From: Antedon mediterranea
Lineage: Eukaryota > Animalia > Echinodermata
Assembly: GCF_964355755.1 (NCBI RefSeq)
Contig: NC_092675.1
Coordinates: forward strand, 18,758,912-18,822,911
Reading direction: 5' to 3'
Length of the DNA: 64,000 nt
In this document: in pieces, positions 34,233-47,400 of the stretch
How the letters are laid out: each line of letters starts with the position of its first letter
Position numbering within the stretch: the first letter of the stretch is position 1
The notes under the pieces: model-generated
Told to the model about the DNA's origin: nothing
Databases searched by the model: none
The model's input: the letters and a program-made list of their open reading frames with translations, nothing else
Position numbers and translations under genes: made by a program

Positions 34233-34999
34233 ACTATATGCTGAGAATTTCAAATAAAGTTAAATTTAACAGGAGCAATCCGTGTGTTGTGAAACAACGT
34301 GTGGTACTTCTTTCGAAAAGGAAGTGAGAACGTGCAAACATGACCTTTTGACATGCACCCCTGGATGTTTAGTCAAACATGACCAAACTGTAGCGGCCGA
34401 CATTTGAAATAGAGACTGTATCATAAAACATATCAATCATAACAAATATCAATATAAATTATGTTTAAAGATAAAAAAAGATAATTTGGGCAAATGTTTT
34501 AAGGAATTTACCATACTTTTGTTATAAATATTATGTAAAAACTCTGATGACAAAATTATCAGGATGAAACGATTCATTTTTAAAACAATTGTTTGAAGAC
34601 GAAGATGATAAGAATGAATATTTTGTAAAATGAAAGTGAATTTCAAAAACTAGGCAAAATAATATAATACAAAGTAGTAGTTAGGTCATTCAGGTCATTT
34701 ATCTAATAATTTATACTATTGTTTTTTTTTTTATTTGCTTTTTAAATTTTTTATTTTACTTAGGTCTTTTTACTTTTTATTTTATATTCTTACTATATAT
34801 CTTACTCGTCATATGTTTATTGTATCTTTTCTGGTGAGTAAGCCTTAAACTTATTTGCCCACCAGCCACACATTTAAATTTTCTTATCCAATATTGTGTC
34901 GCATTGTTGAAAGGGACCATATAATAATATTTAATATTATAGGCCTAAAGTGTCATGCGCGAATCCTTAAATAAGAACTTCATATTGTCTGTGCTCAAC

Positions 35000-35110
35000 T
35001 TTTATTTATTTATTTAACTTTATTTTTACAAGAGTAGATATAACACTGTACAGCAGTACAGCTGACTTCTACCTACCTACATTGACGTGAAGAGGCCCTC
35101 TTAAACAATA
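35000..35110 (-). mobile_element. short LINE-type 3' tail remnant
   Basis: The minus strand reads AAGAGGGCC…CAGC…CTCTTGTAAAAATAAAG…(TAAA)n, a layout like the 3' end of the LINE at 46574-46650. Confidence 0.35.
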
Positions 35111-35450
35111 CAAACAAATACAGACGATACATTCAAACATAAAGAAAAAGGATTCATAAAGTTAAAATTCTCAAACAGAACTTTAAAGAAGTTTCGATTC
35201 ATTTATCAATATTGTGAAACTACCATTTAATAAAACAATATCCAGACATTTGAACTTTTAGTGGATGCAGCTTTCAACAAAGCCCAGATTATGTTAATAT
35301 AATATAATTGTACAATCCGACAATAAAACAAGTTATAAAAGTGCTAATTGGCCCCGGGTGTCAAGTTATATTGTTCACACTTCTATTCACACTGTTTCTT
35401 TTTCTATAGAAAATACACAACACTGTTAGCAGTCAGGTTTGAACCCCTAA

Positions 35451-35460
35451 TGCTGAGTCA
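35451..35460. promoter_or_regulatory. ARE/NF-E2 consensus site TGCTGAGTCA
   Basis: Exact match to the TGACTCAGCA core between the divergent ADH5 and ABCG2 starts. A second AP-1 core TGAGTCA lies at 35652-35658. Confidence 0.35.
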
Positions 35461-36449
35461 ACTTACCGATAGCTTATTACTCGGATCTAAGTTTGAAATA
35501 GAGGCGGACCCAGTGCTTACAAATTATAGGCAGACCCGCACCACACCCTTCATGATCTAGTGATTTACATGATCGTAAAAACCATAGACCTGTTTGATTG
35601 TCGCATTGTTTTCATAACAAATGAGTTACGGGAACATTAATTTGGCCCTGATGAGTCACATTTACTATGACGGAATGTTTTATGTTTCAATATTTTTTTA
35701 TTAGAAATTCACAAATTCACTTCGCACTTTCTTAATTATGCACCAGGTACTTTATCATGCATGCCGAAGATGATACATTTATGTTGTTGTTATTGTTAGG
35801 AAATTGATGGGTTGATTTTAATTTGGGATTTTTCTTTTTTTTTAATTAAAAACTAATCCCATTCTATAAAATCAATCATTGATCAGTAATAATAATATAT
35901 AAATAATTATATAAAGAGTGTTGTTTTTATGATTATAAATCATTTTTATATATGATTTTATTATATATAGCCTATTTTTTGTGTAATGAAATATCATTGA
36001 ATTCGGTTCAAACATTCAATTAAGTTCATATGAACATGACGGTATAGACCCGCGTCCTACTTTATCAATTTGAACTCAGAAACGAGAGTAAAGACTCATA
36101 ACTACGAAAGTGAGATGATCTCAAGTGGGGTCTGGGGAGATCATCTCAAATGGGAGAAGGGATGGAAATTGAAGCAGTGAGATTATATGCTCGGCCGGCC
36201 TTAAATTTATACAGAACCAAGTTGCCGAAATTTCTGGTGGGACACTCTTGTACGGATGCAATGTTGTTTGGGGTCAACTTTTGGCCTGCCCTAATCAAAC
36301 ATCATCTACATATAAGCTATATATAATATCGTGTCAAATTATCTCAGAATCGTCGCTATTTTAATCGTAACCTATTTAAATGTCGAATACAAGACAAAAT
36401 GTGTGAATTATCTAAAAGAGTCACATCTTTAGTCACTCATTACTCGACA

Positions 36450-36667
36450 GCCAATCAACAACGTGCTACACTCTCAGCCCTCATGTGATGACATTCACAC
36501 TGCTTTAATCCTTTATCAAAACGCAAACAGTGAAGTTTTCAAACTCCAAAGGCCAAAGTAAACGCTGAGCCCTGTCGAAGTAACAAGTTTAAGTTGTATT
36601 TACTGTACGTTCAAGTGGTGGTCTTGAGTGTCGTAACGCCACAAATACAATGACAGAAAGGGTAAGT
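36450..36667 (+). promoter_or_regulatory. candidate ABCG2 promoter and non-coding (uORF-bearing) first exon
   Basis: CCAAT at 36451, TCATGTGA at 36481 and a strong donor AGG|GTAAGT at 36661/36662. The ATG at 36650 could not be joined in frame to the main ORF. Confidence 0.4.
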
Positions 36668-38487
36668 CAACAGTAATGCACATAAAACATTTTAGTAGAA
36701 GTTTTAATGTTTAACTTAAGGACGATTTATTACCGTAAGCAGGAACCGGTTTTTTAAACTATTGTTTCCTAAGATGAGTCCAGTAGGTATATCACCTGAT
36801 AGTATGAGACACCTGTAATTACATAACCCATGCCTACTGTGTCCCGTCAGTTCGAAACAAACATTTCGAATCCTATTTAGAATCCTATTAATACAATGTT
36901 TATACAAAGAAAGCTACTGTATCTTTTTAATTTAGCCTAATTGTGGTATTTAATTACGGTTACGATATTTATTACTTTTTTAACGTTAGGCTTATACATG
37001 AGGCATATGTGTGATTAACAGTTATATAATTGTTTATTTATTTATTCAACTTTTACAATGGACGTAGCTCTAACACTACAGCTGAGAGTACTAAGTGTGG
37101 TAGGTATAAAAGCAGACCTAGGCCTACTCTGTCCATAGGTGAAGTTTTAAGCCATATGCCAATAACGTAAAAATATACAGGTTTAAGTGAAGTTTTAATA
37201 TAAGCAAGCATACACAAGAATGAAAGCTTTAAGGTCCCCGTTACGGGATTTCCGGAACGAATATCCGGGACAATATTTCGAGACACGCAGTAGGCCTAAA
37301 CGATATAAATGCGTCTGAAATAATTTTTCGGAATAATGAATTAAAGTATGCATTTATTGTAGCGGTAGTTAATGATTTTTACAACCAGTGACTGTTTATG
37401 TACATGGCGTCTACTCTTGATCGTAAATAATGGGATGCGAATGCACTAAATGCTCGGTTATCAGCTTTTTACGAGCTTATGGATTTTTAAGAGATGGAAG
37501 CGTACGTACGAGTCCAATAAGAAAATGTGGCCGCGCATAACCGAAGTTATGTCGATATAATCAAGACCGCAGAGAATCGATAAAGCGGGTTTTCGAGCAT
37601 TATTGAGGGATAATTCAGAACACAAAAATGATGTAATGGACCGGTATGCTCTATTTGTCACCCGTATAATATAGTTATTATAAGTATAATATTATTGAGT
37701 AGCATGATTAGAATTGAGTTACATAACATTAATTAAACGTACGTGCCTGTCGCCTTGCTTATTTTCTCGCTTTAACACAAACATCGGAGTTTTAAATGCG
37801 TTATAGAGGAAAACTTCGGATGTACAATTAACGTGGTCGTACCAGGGAGGTATAAAATACCGTAATAATTATTATTTTATACCTCTCTCGTACATTGTGC
37901 AGTCGTAGTGAACCTAGGTCGGTTCAGTATAACTATTATATTTTGTTGTCTCCATAATTTTTTTTAATATGCCATTTTAATTTCACAAAAACTGGATCGA
38001 AAAAATTATAATAATTTACCTGAAAAAAATGTAATGTAAAGCAAAAAATAAAGTTAGACAATGGGTCTTTGGTTAAAATTAAACGTTTATTTTGTGAATA
38101 ACCTTTTTTAAAACTGCAAAATGGCCTATTCAAAGTCTTATTTTATTAATCTTCATTTTTTTTCATGTACCGTATTGTACTTTTTCAGCCGCATGAGGGA
38201 TATTTAAAAGCAACAGAATCGTACGCTTTGATGATTTTTACCTCTATCCCATAAACAATTATCGCACAATATAAACACGTTCAAAACAAGCAAATGCTTC
38301 GAACGCACTTATATAACGCTTTACGAACTTACATAACTGAACAGTTTTATGATTAAGTTCAAAGGTCAATTAAGTCTAATACTCTATAGTTTGTTATCGT
38401 CTCGCTGACCATAATCTTCACCAGCTTGCTGTAGCAGATGCTTTTAGCATGTGGACTACAGTATAATATTGGCTATTAAATCTGAAA

Positions 38488-41400
38488 ATGTTGAAAGCTG
38501 TTGATAAAGGCCTAGCAGAAAATGAAGTCGGCTGTATGACTCATGATGAAGTCGACTGCGTAAGCCAAAAAAATAACATTCATAAAGGTGAATCTGTTTT
38601 TCAGGAAAAGCTTTTTCCTTCTGGACACGCTTCGTCGTATGGATCAGCAACAGGATCGGCTAATCAGAATGGAGGAACCAGAAACGGTAAAATTGGACGG
38701 TCTCAATCCGTTTCTGGATCTACGATTTCTTTCCATGGCATTAACTACAGTGTACCTGTCAAAATAGATGGAGTAAAACAACAGAAAGATATTTTGATGA
38801 ATATTAGGTAAGTTAATTATGTATGTGACTTAAACTGTGGATGATATTGAAGAGACGATGTTGATTATTTATAATTAGAATGAGATGAAATCGAATTGAT
38901 GAAGATTATGAGGACGACGGTAAGACAAAGAGGATATAATGAAGACAAAATGGTGAGGAAGAATGAGGATGATTAACATATTATTACAGATGATGATAGC
39001 GATACTCAAAACACGTATACACAATGTACTAACAGTCAAAACGATAGTTAATGATTATATTTATGAATATAACTATTTTTATTACTTTTCAGTGGTATAT
39101 TTCCAAATGGAATGAACGCTATTCTTGGTCCTACTGGTGGTGGTAAAACATCGTACGTAGTATATTTTATAACAATTCAACAAAGACTAAATAGAAATGT
39201 ATTCAGCCGTGGAGTAAATTATTAAACCTCAGTGGACCTTGAACGGTTCGTCATTTAAAATGTGCGTCGCACAATAATATATTTATTATTATTCTCTCAT
39301 GTGACTACAGATCCGATAAACAACTGAGTTTCAAAAGCGTTAGGCACTATAGGCCTATACTATACAGGGATAACTCGGATCACATAGAATTCTAATTAGA
39401 TTTGATCATTTGTTACAAACAAAACACAAGATGGTTGTTGTACCCGTATTTTTCTTGAAAACAACACCATGTAAAAATCACGTGTCACGTTATGTACAGC
39501 CTAGTACAGCAGCTAGCCTACAGGCCTACACAAAGCAAATATATAGTACACCATAGTTGTGTGTCTCACCATCATACCTGAAACGAATATAACTGCTCGC
39601 CTGTGAGACGTCTAAAATATGAAGAAAAAAAAACATTAAAAAACCATAAAAATCAAAACACCTGGAAAAATCCAAAACAATTGATTTATTGCGTTTTAAA
39701 TAGATTATCATATACTATATAGATTGATTATTTTGTAATCCCAGGGATAAATGAAATTACAATTTCACTCTTTTCTGGTAATCCTAAATCAACTCACTAG
39801 TGTGTCCATTGCGAAACCGCCGCCCATGGGTGAATGCCCCCTTTATGTTTGTGACAAAATAACAGTGATTACGGGTTCCCGTTTGAAATTAAATACCACT
39901 TTTACAATGGTCGTCTTTTTAATTTTTTTTTCTCTCTTTATAATTCCACTATAACACGACTCTTGATTATTCGTTAATTAGATGGTATTTATCGCATACA
40001 GTAGTTGTAACATTCTCCTTTAATGTCTGTCAGGTTACTTGATGTGTTGGCTGCTCGTAAAGATCCAAAGGGATTATCAGGATGTGTTCTTATAGATGGT
40101 GCTACTAGGCCTGAAGATTTCCGCTTGGTGTCTGGATATGTCGTGCAGGTGAGAGTTTAAACAAACACTCACCGTTAGGGCAAAGTTAAATATTAACAAT
40201 ATAATTAGGCAGTTAATGAATCTATGTTTGTGTTTGTCCACAAAACCCTTGGTAATTGTGTTACTGCTATTGTATAATTATATAACGTATAATATACGTT
40301 ACATAATTATAGAATAGTCACAAACTGTGGATGTTTTTAGCCTAAGCTTAGTTCCCACTAGAGGACGTATCAGCTGTCCGTGTGCTTCTCTAAATTCAAC
40401 ACATATGTCAAATCTTTGTGACGTAATCACTACTAGTCATTAATACTGATATAATGTAATTGCCGTTTGGTTATCTTATCATCAGCAGATCTTCTTGTAA
40501 AACCACGTCATGTGCTTAACATTTATTATTAAAATGATTTTAGATTCCAAATTATTTTATTAGTAATGCACTGTACATATTATTACAGGATGACGTTGTT
40601 GTAGGAACTTTGACCGTTCGAGAAAACCTAGCATTTTCCGCAAAACTCCGACTTCCAAAGACAGTCTCAAACAAAGAAAGAGAAGAAAGAGTTACTGAAA
40701 TTATTTCAGAGCTGGGGTTGGATAAATGTGCCGATACTATGGTAACTAAATTTACAAGATAATCATTAATAATACATAATGTTCCCAAGAATTCCACCAA
40801 AAAAAGATGATAGCATATTGTACGTCCACAGAAGGGCATATGTTAGACTTCGATGTTTGTTGGAGTTTCAAGCTCAAGTAGTATACGTAAGACACGTCAT
40901 AATTATGTGCCAAAATATTTATCCTTTACTAATACTGTATTAAGTGTGGAACCCAGACTAGGCATATGTATGGCTGGAAGAACATACTACCTACTACGTT
41001 CACGGAACGTTCTGATATAATTGAATTGAAGAGGGATTGTTTAAAGAATTTGAATACGAATAGTTTTTAAAAATGGAATACGCATTAACCTAATAGTGCG
41101 AGGGTACTACTTAATTCCATAATATGAATCTATTTTATAATCGCGAGGGTTTGTTAGTTAGTAGTACTAACATTATTATACTTTCATGAAAATTTTACAT
41201 CAGGATTAGTAATAATGATTACCGTAAGTAGCCATAACATTGGCTAAGGTTTGAGGCACACTCACTCCATTGTTCTGGTGGTAGAACGAGTCTTCTCGGA
41301 TAAGGACTATAAACCGTAGGTCCAGGGTACACATCTAGCTTGTGTGCACTTTAAAGAACCTTTCGAGACGAGTAGAGGGACTACCCCGGTATACTAGTAC

Positions 41401-44400
41401 ATCACAGCCACTGATCAGGTCTGAGAGACCAGTCTTTGACTGAAGAAGTTGCCCAGTAGTATAAATAAAATATTTCAATTCAATACACCTTCCTATAATC
41501 ACAACATTTGTATTGTAGATAAAATATAGGGTAGAATTTATTATAATATATATATTTGTTAACATAGGTTGGAACGGTATTCATTAGAGGTGTTTCTGGT
41601 GGTGAACGAAAGCGAACAAATATCGGTATGGAACTTATAACTAGGCCTGGTGTGCTATTCTTGGACGAACCGACCACAGGTCTTGATGCAAATACGGCTA
41701 ACTCTGTAATGCTTTTACTTTCAAAGTGAGTTTTCTTGTCATTTACTTGGCATTATACTAATAATAATAATAAGATTTTTATAGCGCACATACCACTCAA
41801 GAGTGCTCAAGGCGCATTTTAAAATAAAAAGAAATAAATCATACAAATCCCTGACAAAAAAAATGCAATTTCTTTGGAGGGTCCCCATCCGTTGTCGTTC
41901 TGTCGCGGTCCCGGACCCCTACCTAGGTGACCAAACAAAAGAGCAGGATACACATTTGCCTTGCCACAGACAACCGGGTGCTCAGAGACAACAACCAAGA
42001 CAGAGGTACCCCAAAGATAATGCTGGCCAGGAAAAAGTATACTAAACAATTCTAAGTCTAAAAAACTTTAAGAAACCTCATGATTTCCATATGCCTTAAT
42101 GAATAAATGTGTTTTTAATAATTTTTAAAAGTATCAACAGTTTTGCAAAATCTTATAGAGCTCGGCAGAGCATTCCACAGAAGAGGAGCAGTAACGGAGA
42201 ATGCTCTGTCTCCCCATGAGTGGTGAGACTTAGGCTGATGTAGAAGCAGCGAATCACTAGAACGCAGATTACTTCCGGGAACACAGCCTAAGCATGTCAG
42301 AAATATATTCAGGAGCCATGCCATTTATAGACTTAAAAACAAAGAGTAATATTTTAAAAACAATGCGGTACCTAACAGGGAGCCAATGCAATATTTCCAA
42401 AGTATTTTATATGTGTCCATTCTTGGTAATTTTTTAACAACTCGTGCCGCTGTATTTTGAATCAGTTGAAGCCTGTGGAGTTGTTTTTGTGGTAGCCCGT
42501 ATAGCAAAGAGTTTCCCATATCCAGTCGTGAAGTGACAAAAGCATGAACAGGTTGTTTAGCTGTTGTCTCATTAATAAACTTGCGAATCCTTCGGATATT
42601 TCGCAAGTGAAAAGACGACGCAGAAATAGTTTTTGAGATATGAGAAGTCATAGTCATACCCACATCCATTTCAACCCCATGATTTCTAACCTGCCTAGCC
42701 GGGTCAATTTGGGTTTTACCAATGTGAATAAAGCTTATACTCACCCATTTGAAGTGTATCCAACAGTTTAGGAGATTAGTTTCCATCAGGCAAATTTACA
42801 CAGACGAGCGATAACATTACTGTTACCGCTCGTCTGTGTAAATTCGTCTTAAATTACAAAATTAAAGAATATTGCAAATCCACGTCTTAAACCCACCCGC
42901 ACCCGACTCTCGTATAGTTTTTTTTCTATATCTTCCGCTACTGCAACCTTTCTCCCACCACTTGGGTTACTGTTCATGTCTCCTCTGACACACATACATT
43001 TCCTCTTTTGAAATACGTTATGTTAACACAAGCTCGATGTTTTTTATTTTGAATTTTTTAGTGCTTTAGCTTCCCAATCGGAAGACAAGGTTAGAACCCA
43101 AGAGAGGTGGTTTCCTTTTCTTAATGAGATAGATATAGGTTAAGTTAGTTTTAATATTTGACATTGATACACGTGTGTTATGGAAATGGGCCTGGTACCG
43201 TTTTTTGGTAGTTATTTTTTTACTCTACCGTACGAGATTCGACATTTTTATATATTATTTTAATCTTTGTTTTAGATTGAGATTCTAATCGTCTACTAAC
43301 CATTATCGTAATACTGAGTAACTATACTAATGCAATGACCATTCTGTTTATTATGTTTTAAAAGATTATCAAAAAATGGACGAACAATCATATTCTCAAT
43401 TCATCAACCACGGTATTCAATCTATCGCTTATTTGATAAGCTACATCTTCTAAATGCTGGTGAAACTGTCTTCCATGGACCTGCCAAAGATGCACTGAAA
43501 CATTTTGAAAATATAGGTACAGTATAATACTCCACTAATGTTCTTTATATATGCTCAAGACTTGTCCCAAGTCGGTAGTTATTTCGAGGCTTTTTGATGT
43601 ATGAAACGCCATGATTATGTACAACATATTTATTCTTTTAACTAATATTAACTCAAAACTCAGTCTGGAACTACTGTGTGCTAAGCGGACGGTCTTTTAA
43701 CTTGTGGAAACCATTATTTTGTATGAATAAAGCGATGCTAATACTTTCTTTATTATTTATTTATTTTATGTCTTTAGGCAATGTGGCCAAGGATTACCAA
43801 TAGTGAATTAATCACTGTCCTATCAGATAGGTGGTAATCCCCCTGATACAGGGGCTATTGTGTGAACCAGTTCACCGGGGTAACCCCCTACTCTTTTTCG
43901 AATAATGAACTGGGTTTCTTTAAAGTACACACAGGTTATAACTGTGTACACTGGACCTACGGTTTATAGTCCTTATCCGAGAAGACTTGTTCCACCACCA
44001 GAACTAGGAGCGAGTCGGCCTCGAACCCTTGCCGATGTTGCTGTTGGCTCTTTAGGTACGGTAAACGGCGCCCCTGCCTTAACCGCTCAGCCATATGACT
44101 CACTCATGAGTATTGCTATTCATGGATACATTAGTAAATGTCATTATGGTTATTATTATTTTCACTTTCGATAGCGCAATGTCGATAAGCTCTCCGTTTC
44201 CTCTCACATCATGTGGATGTATGATTATTATTCCACCACCAACGCATTTTCGACCGATGTTCATCAAGAGAACATTACATCAACGAATGCAATATTTAAT
44301 TATTTGTTAAAAAAACAAAGACAAGACAAGGAGATGAACTTTTGAGTTTAGATATTATGGAAGCATATGTTAAAAGATGAATGAATGAATGAATTAAATA

Positions 44401-47400
44401 CAGATAGAGTATACATTAAACATTTCAAAATGTCGGTTTCGATCAGGAAGTAAAAGCCTTTGCTACAAATATTTGGTAAACGTGATTACAGTATGTCTAA
44501 TAATTGCTTATGTATTTTACGCAAGAAAAAAGATGACGGACGGCGGCAGGCATTCTCTTTAATTAACTTTCTCTTGTTTCAAATTATTTCAGTCTTAAAA
44601 TGTTTACATACGGGTTGAAAGTATAACGGTAATCTCATTTATATTTCTTTATTCAAAAAGGTTACGAATGTGAAGCTCACAACAACCCACCGGATTTCTT
44701 TCTTGACGTAATAAATGGGGATAGCGTAAGGTCAAGCGATCTAGAAGAGGTTACAGTCGTTGGCAGCGAAGCTGTAACAGGTATGTATACGTACATATAA
44801 TAATATGTGCGTCTCCTGCATGATCCATCTCATTGCCGCACTTAAATAAACTTTAATGAATCAGGTTATATACTTTCACTTTTACATCCCACTCACCAGG
44901 CACACCAAGTCCCTGGACTTTTATAATGCATTCTTGCAATGAAAATGTTTTACTATTAGTTGCGTTTTATTGCGGATGCGAATTCCTTTGAGAAACTGCT
45001 GAATATTCAAATGAATTGACACTCTGTGTTCATCAGGATTGTAAATTGTTACTTTCAAAAGGATTTAACGGAAATGATTTTCTGTAAAGTTAACTAGGTT
45101 CAAAACGTCCTCTTACCTACATTCTCAATCTTTCTGTTACGTCTTCCACCTTTCCCTCTCTCTGGAAAATTTCTCATGTTTCCTCTTTTTAAGTCCGGTC
45201 CAAAAAACGAACTCTCCAACTACCGTCCCATTTCTGTTCTTCCCATCTGCTCTAAAACTCTACTTTTACCTTAACACTAATAATCTTCTTTCTGACCAAC
45301 AATCTGGTTTTCGACCCGGCCACTCTACCCTTACCGCCCTTATTAATACCCATGACACCTGGCTTCAACACATCAATCGGCACCGTCTTCATCGACCTTC
45401 GCAAGGCCTTCGACACCATCAACCACTCTATCCTCCTTAATAAGCTTTCTTTCTTTGGCCTTTCCCCCAATACTATCCTTTGGTTCGATTCTTACCTTTC
45501 TTCTCGCTTCCAACGTGTTTCCTTCAACTCTTCTGTCTCTTCTCTTCTTTCTATTCATACTGGTATCCCTCAAGGTACTATTCTTGGTCCTCTTCTCTTT
45601 TCTATTTATATCAATGATCTCCCTAACTGCTTAAATAATACTTGCTCTGCTAATATGTTTGCTGACGACACTATTATTTTCACTGCTAACAAGTCCTCCG
45701 CCCTTATACAACAAAACCTTAATACCAACTTAAACCATCTCTACTTCTGGCTATCTGCTAACAAATTATATATCAAGGTCAAAAAAACTAAGTCTGTGCT
45801 CATTGGAACATTACAAAAACTTAGACGGAGTCCTGACATTAAACTCACTGTCAATCACCAGCCCATCGAAAATGTCACTTGCGTTAAGCACCTTGGAGTA
45901 TTTATCGACAATATCCTCACCTGGAACAACCATATCTCCCACCTTTGCAATAAACTTAACTCTTCTATTTTCCTTCTCTCCCGCACTAGATGTTTCCTTA
46001 ATTTTTCCACTGCCCTTCTTCTTTACTTAACATCGATTACTGCATCACGGTGTGGGGCTCAAGGCCTAATCACATCTCTAAGATTCAGAAACTTCAAAAT
46101 AGAGCTCTCCGAACTATTCTTCAAGTTCCTTACACTACTCCTTCCCGTCAACTTTTTAACACCATTTCTACTCTTACCGTTTCTCAACTTGCTGACTATC
46201 AAACGGGCTGTCTTGCCTATCGAGCCTCTAACAATCTCGCCCCAACTAACATCTGCCGTGGGCTTGCCAGAATTACTGCCAATGGAATAATGGCTACCCG
46301 GCAACTTTCCAGGGGTGATCTCGTTGTTCCAAGACCTCAGTGTGAACTTTTTAAACATTCTTTTAATTATAAAGGACCTACATATTTTAACTCGTTAGAC
46401 GTTTCTATTAGAAATTGCAATACCTTTTTAAATTTTAAAAGTAAATTAAAGAATTTTATGCTTAATAATGACTCTTTTTAAATTGTTATCTTCTTGACCT
46501 TTATATTTATTCATTATTCAATTTTAACAATTGTAATATATTTTTTACTTATTATGTTTTATGTCGTATTGTTGAGGGCCCCTTAAAATCAGCTTCCGCT
46601 GGCTGGGTCACCCTCTTGAAATATGGTTGAATAAATAAATAAATAAATAAACATTTACAATAGGCTTGTAATATTATAGTATAACTAAATTAAAACAATC
46701 CGTGTCCATTGAGATTGTAAAATGTTACTTTCCAAAAGGATTCAACGGAAACGCAGCTGCGAATAGCAAATCTCTGGCAGATATGTTTTTAGACACATCG
46801 TATCAGAAAACAATGGAACAAGAACTCGACAGTATTTGGAAAACATACACCGGCAATGAAGAAATGTTTTCGCAAAAACTCGACTATCCAACTTCATTTC
46901 TTACCCAGGTAAGGCCTTTATATGGACATTATGACGTCATATCACTACCATGTTTGAGTATATTACTACCATATTTGGGCACATCACAATTTTTTGTCGA
47001 ACTAGTTTGATAGTGTAGACAGAACTTAACGTGTTCAGAGTTAGTTATCCAATATCCGGATATCTTTACTTTGTTAAAAGTAATACCTAATATGATAATA
47101 ATAATGTGTTTCTGTTGAAAAGGTTCTAGATTCTTTCATAGCAAGGCAATCTAGTTGGTGGGTTCATAGAAGATGTTGTTGTCGCCCCCACAACATCTTC
47201 ATAAGTTGTTTAAACATAAATAAATAGTTGTTGCAAGCAGAGTTATGACGAGCCTGTGATACAAATAATTAGGTTATATGCATGATATGCATATAACCTC
47301 TTGATTCTGTCAAAATCTTTATTTATTTATTTATTTATTTATTTATTCTTTCCTTAGCACTATTTGTCCGTGAATTATCTTGGCATCAGTTTCATCTATC

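Noticed and set aside
35648-35680. Hammerhead-ribozyme-like CTGATGA-GTCA…TGAC-GGAA
   Set aside because: The core has GGAA instead of GAAA and I could not form stem I. The word is equally explained by an AP-1 site.
37228-37720. TTAA-GG start of a CpG-rich block suggesting a Kolobok-like element
   Set aside because: No matching inverted terminus was found, so boundaries cannot be supported.
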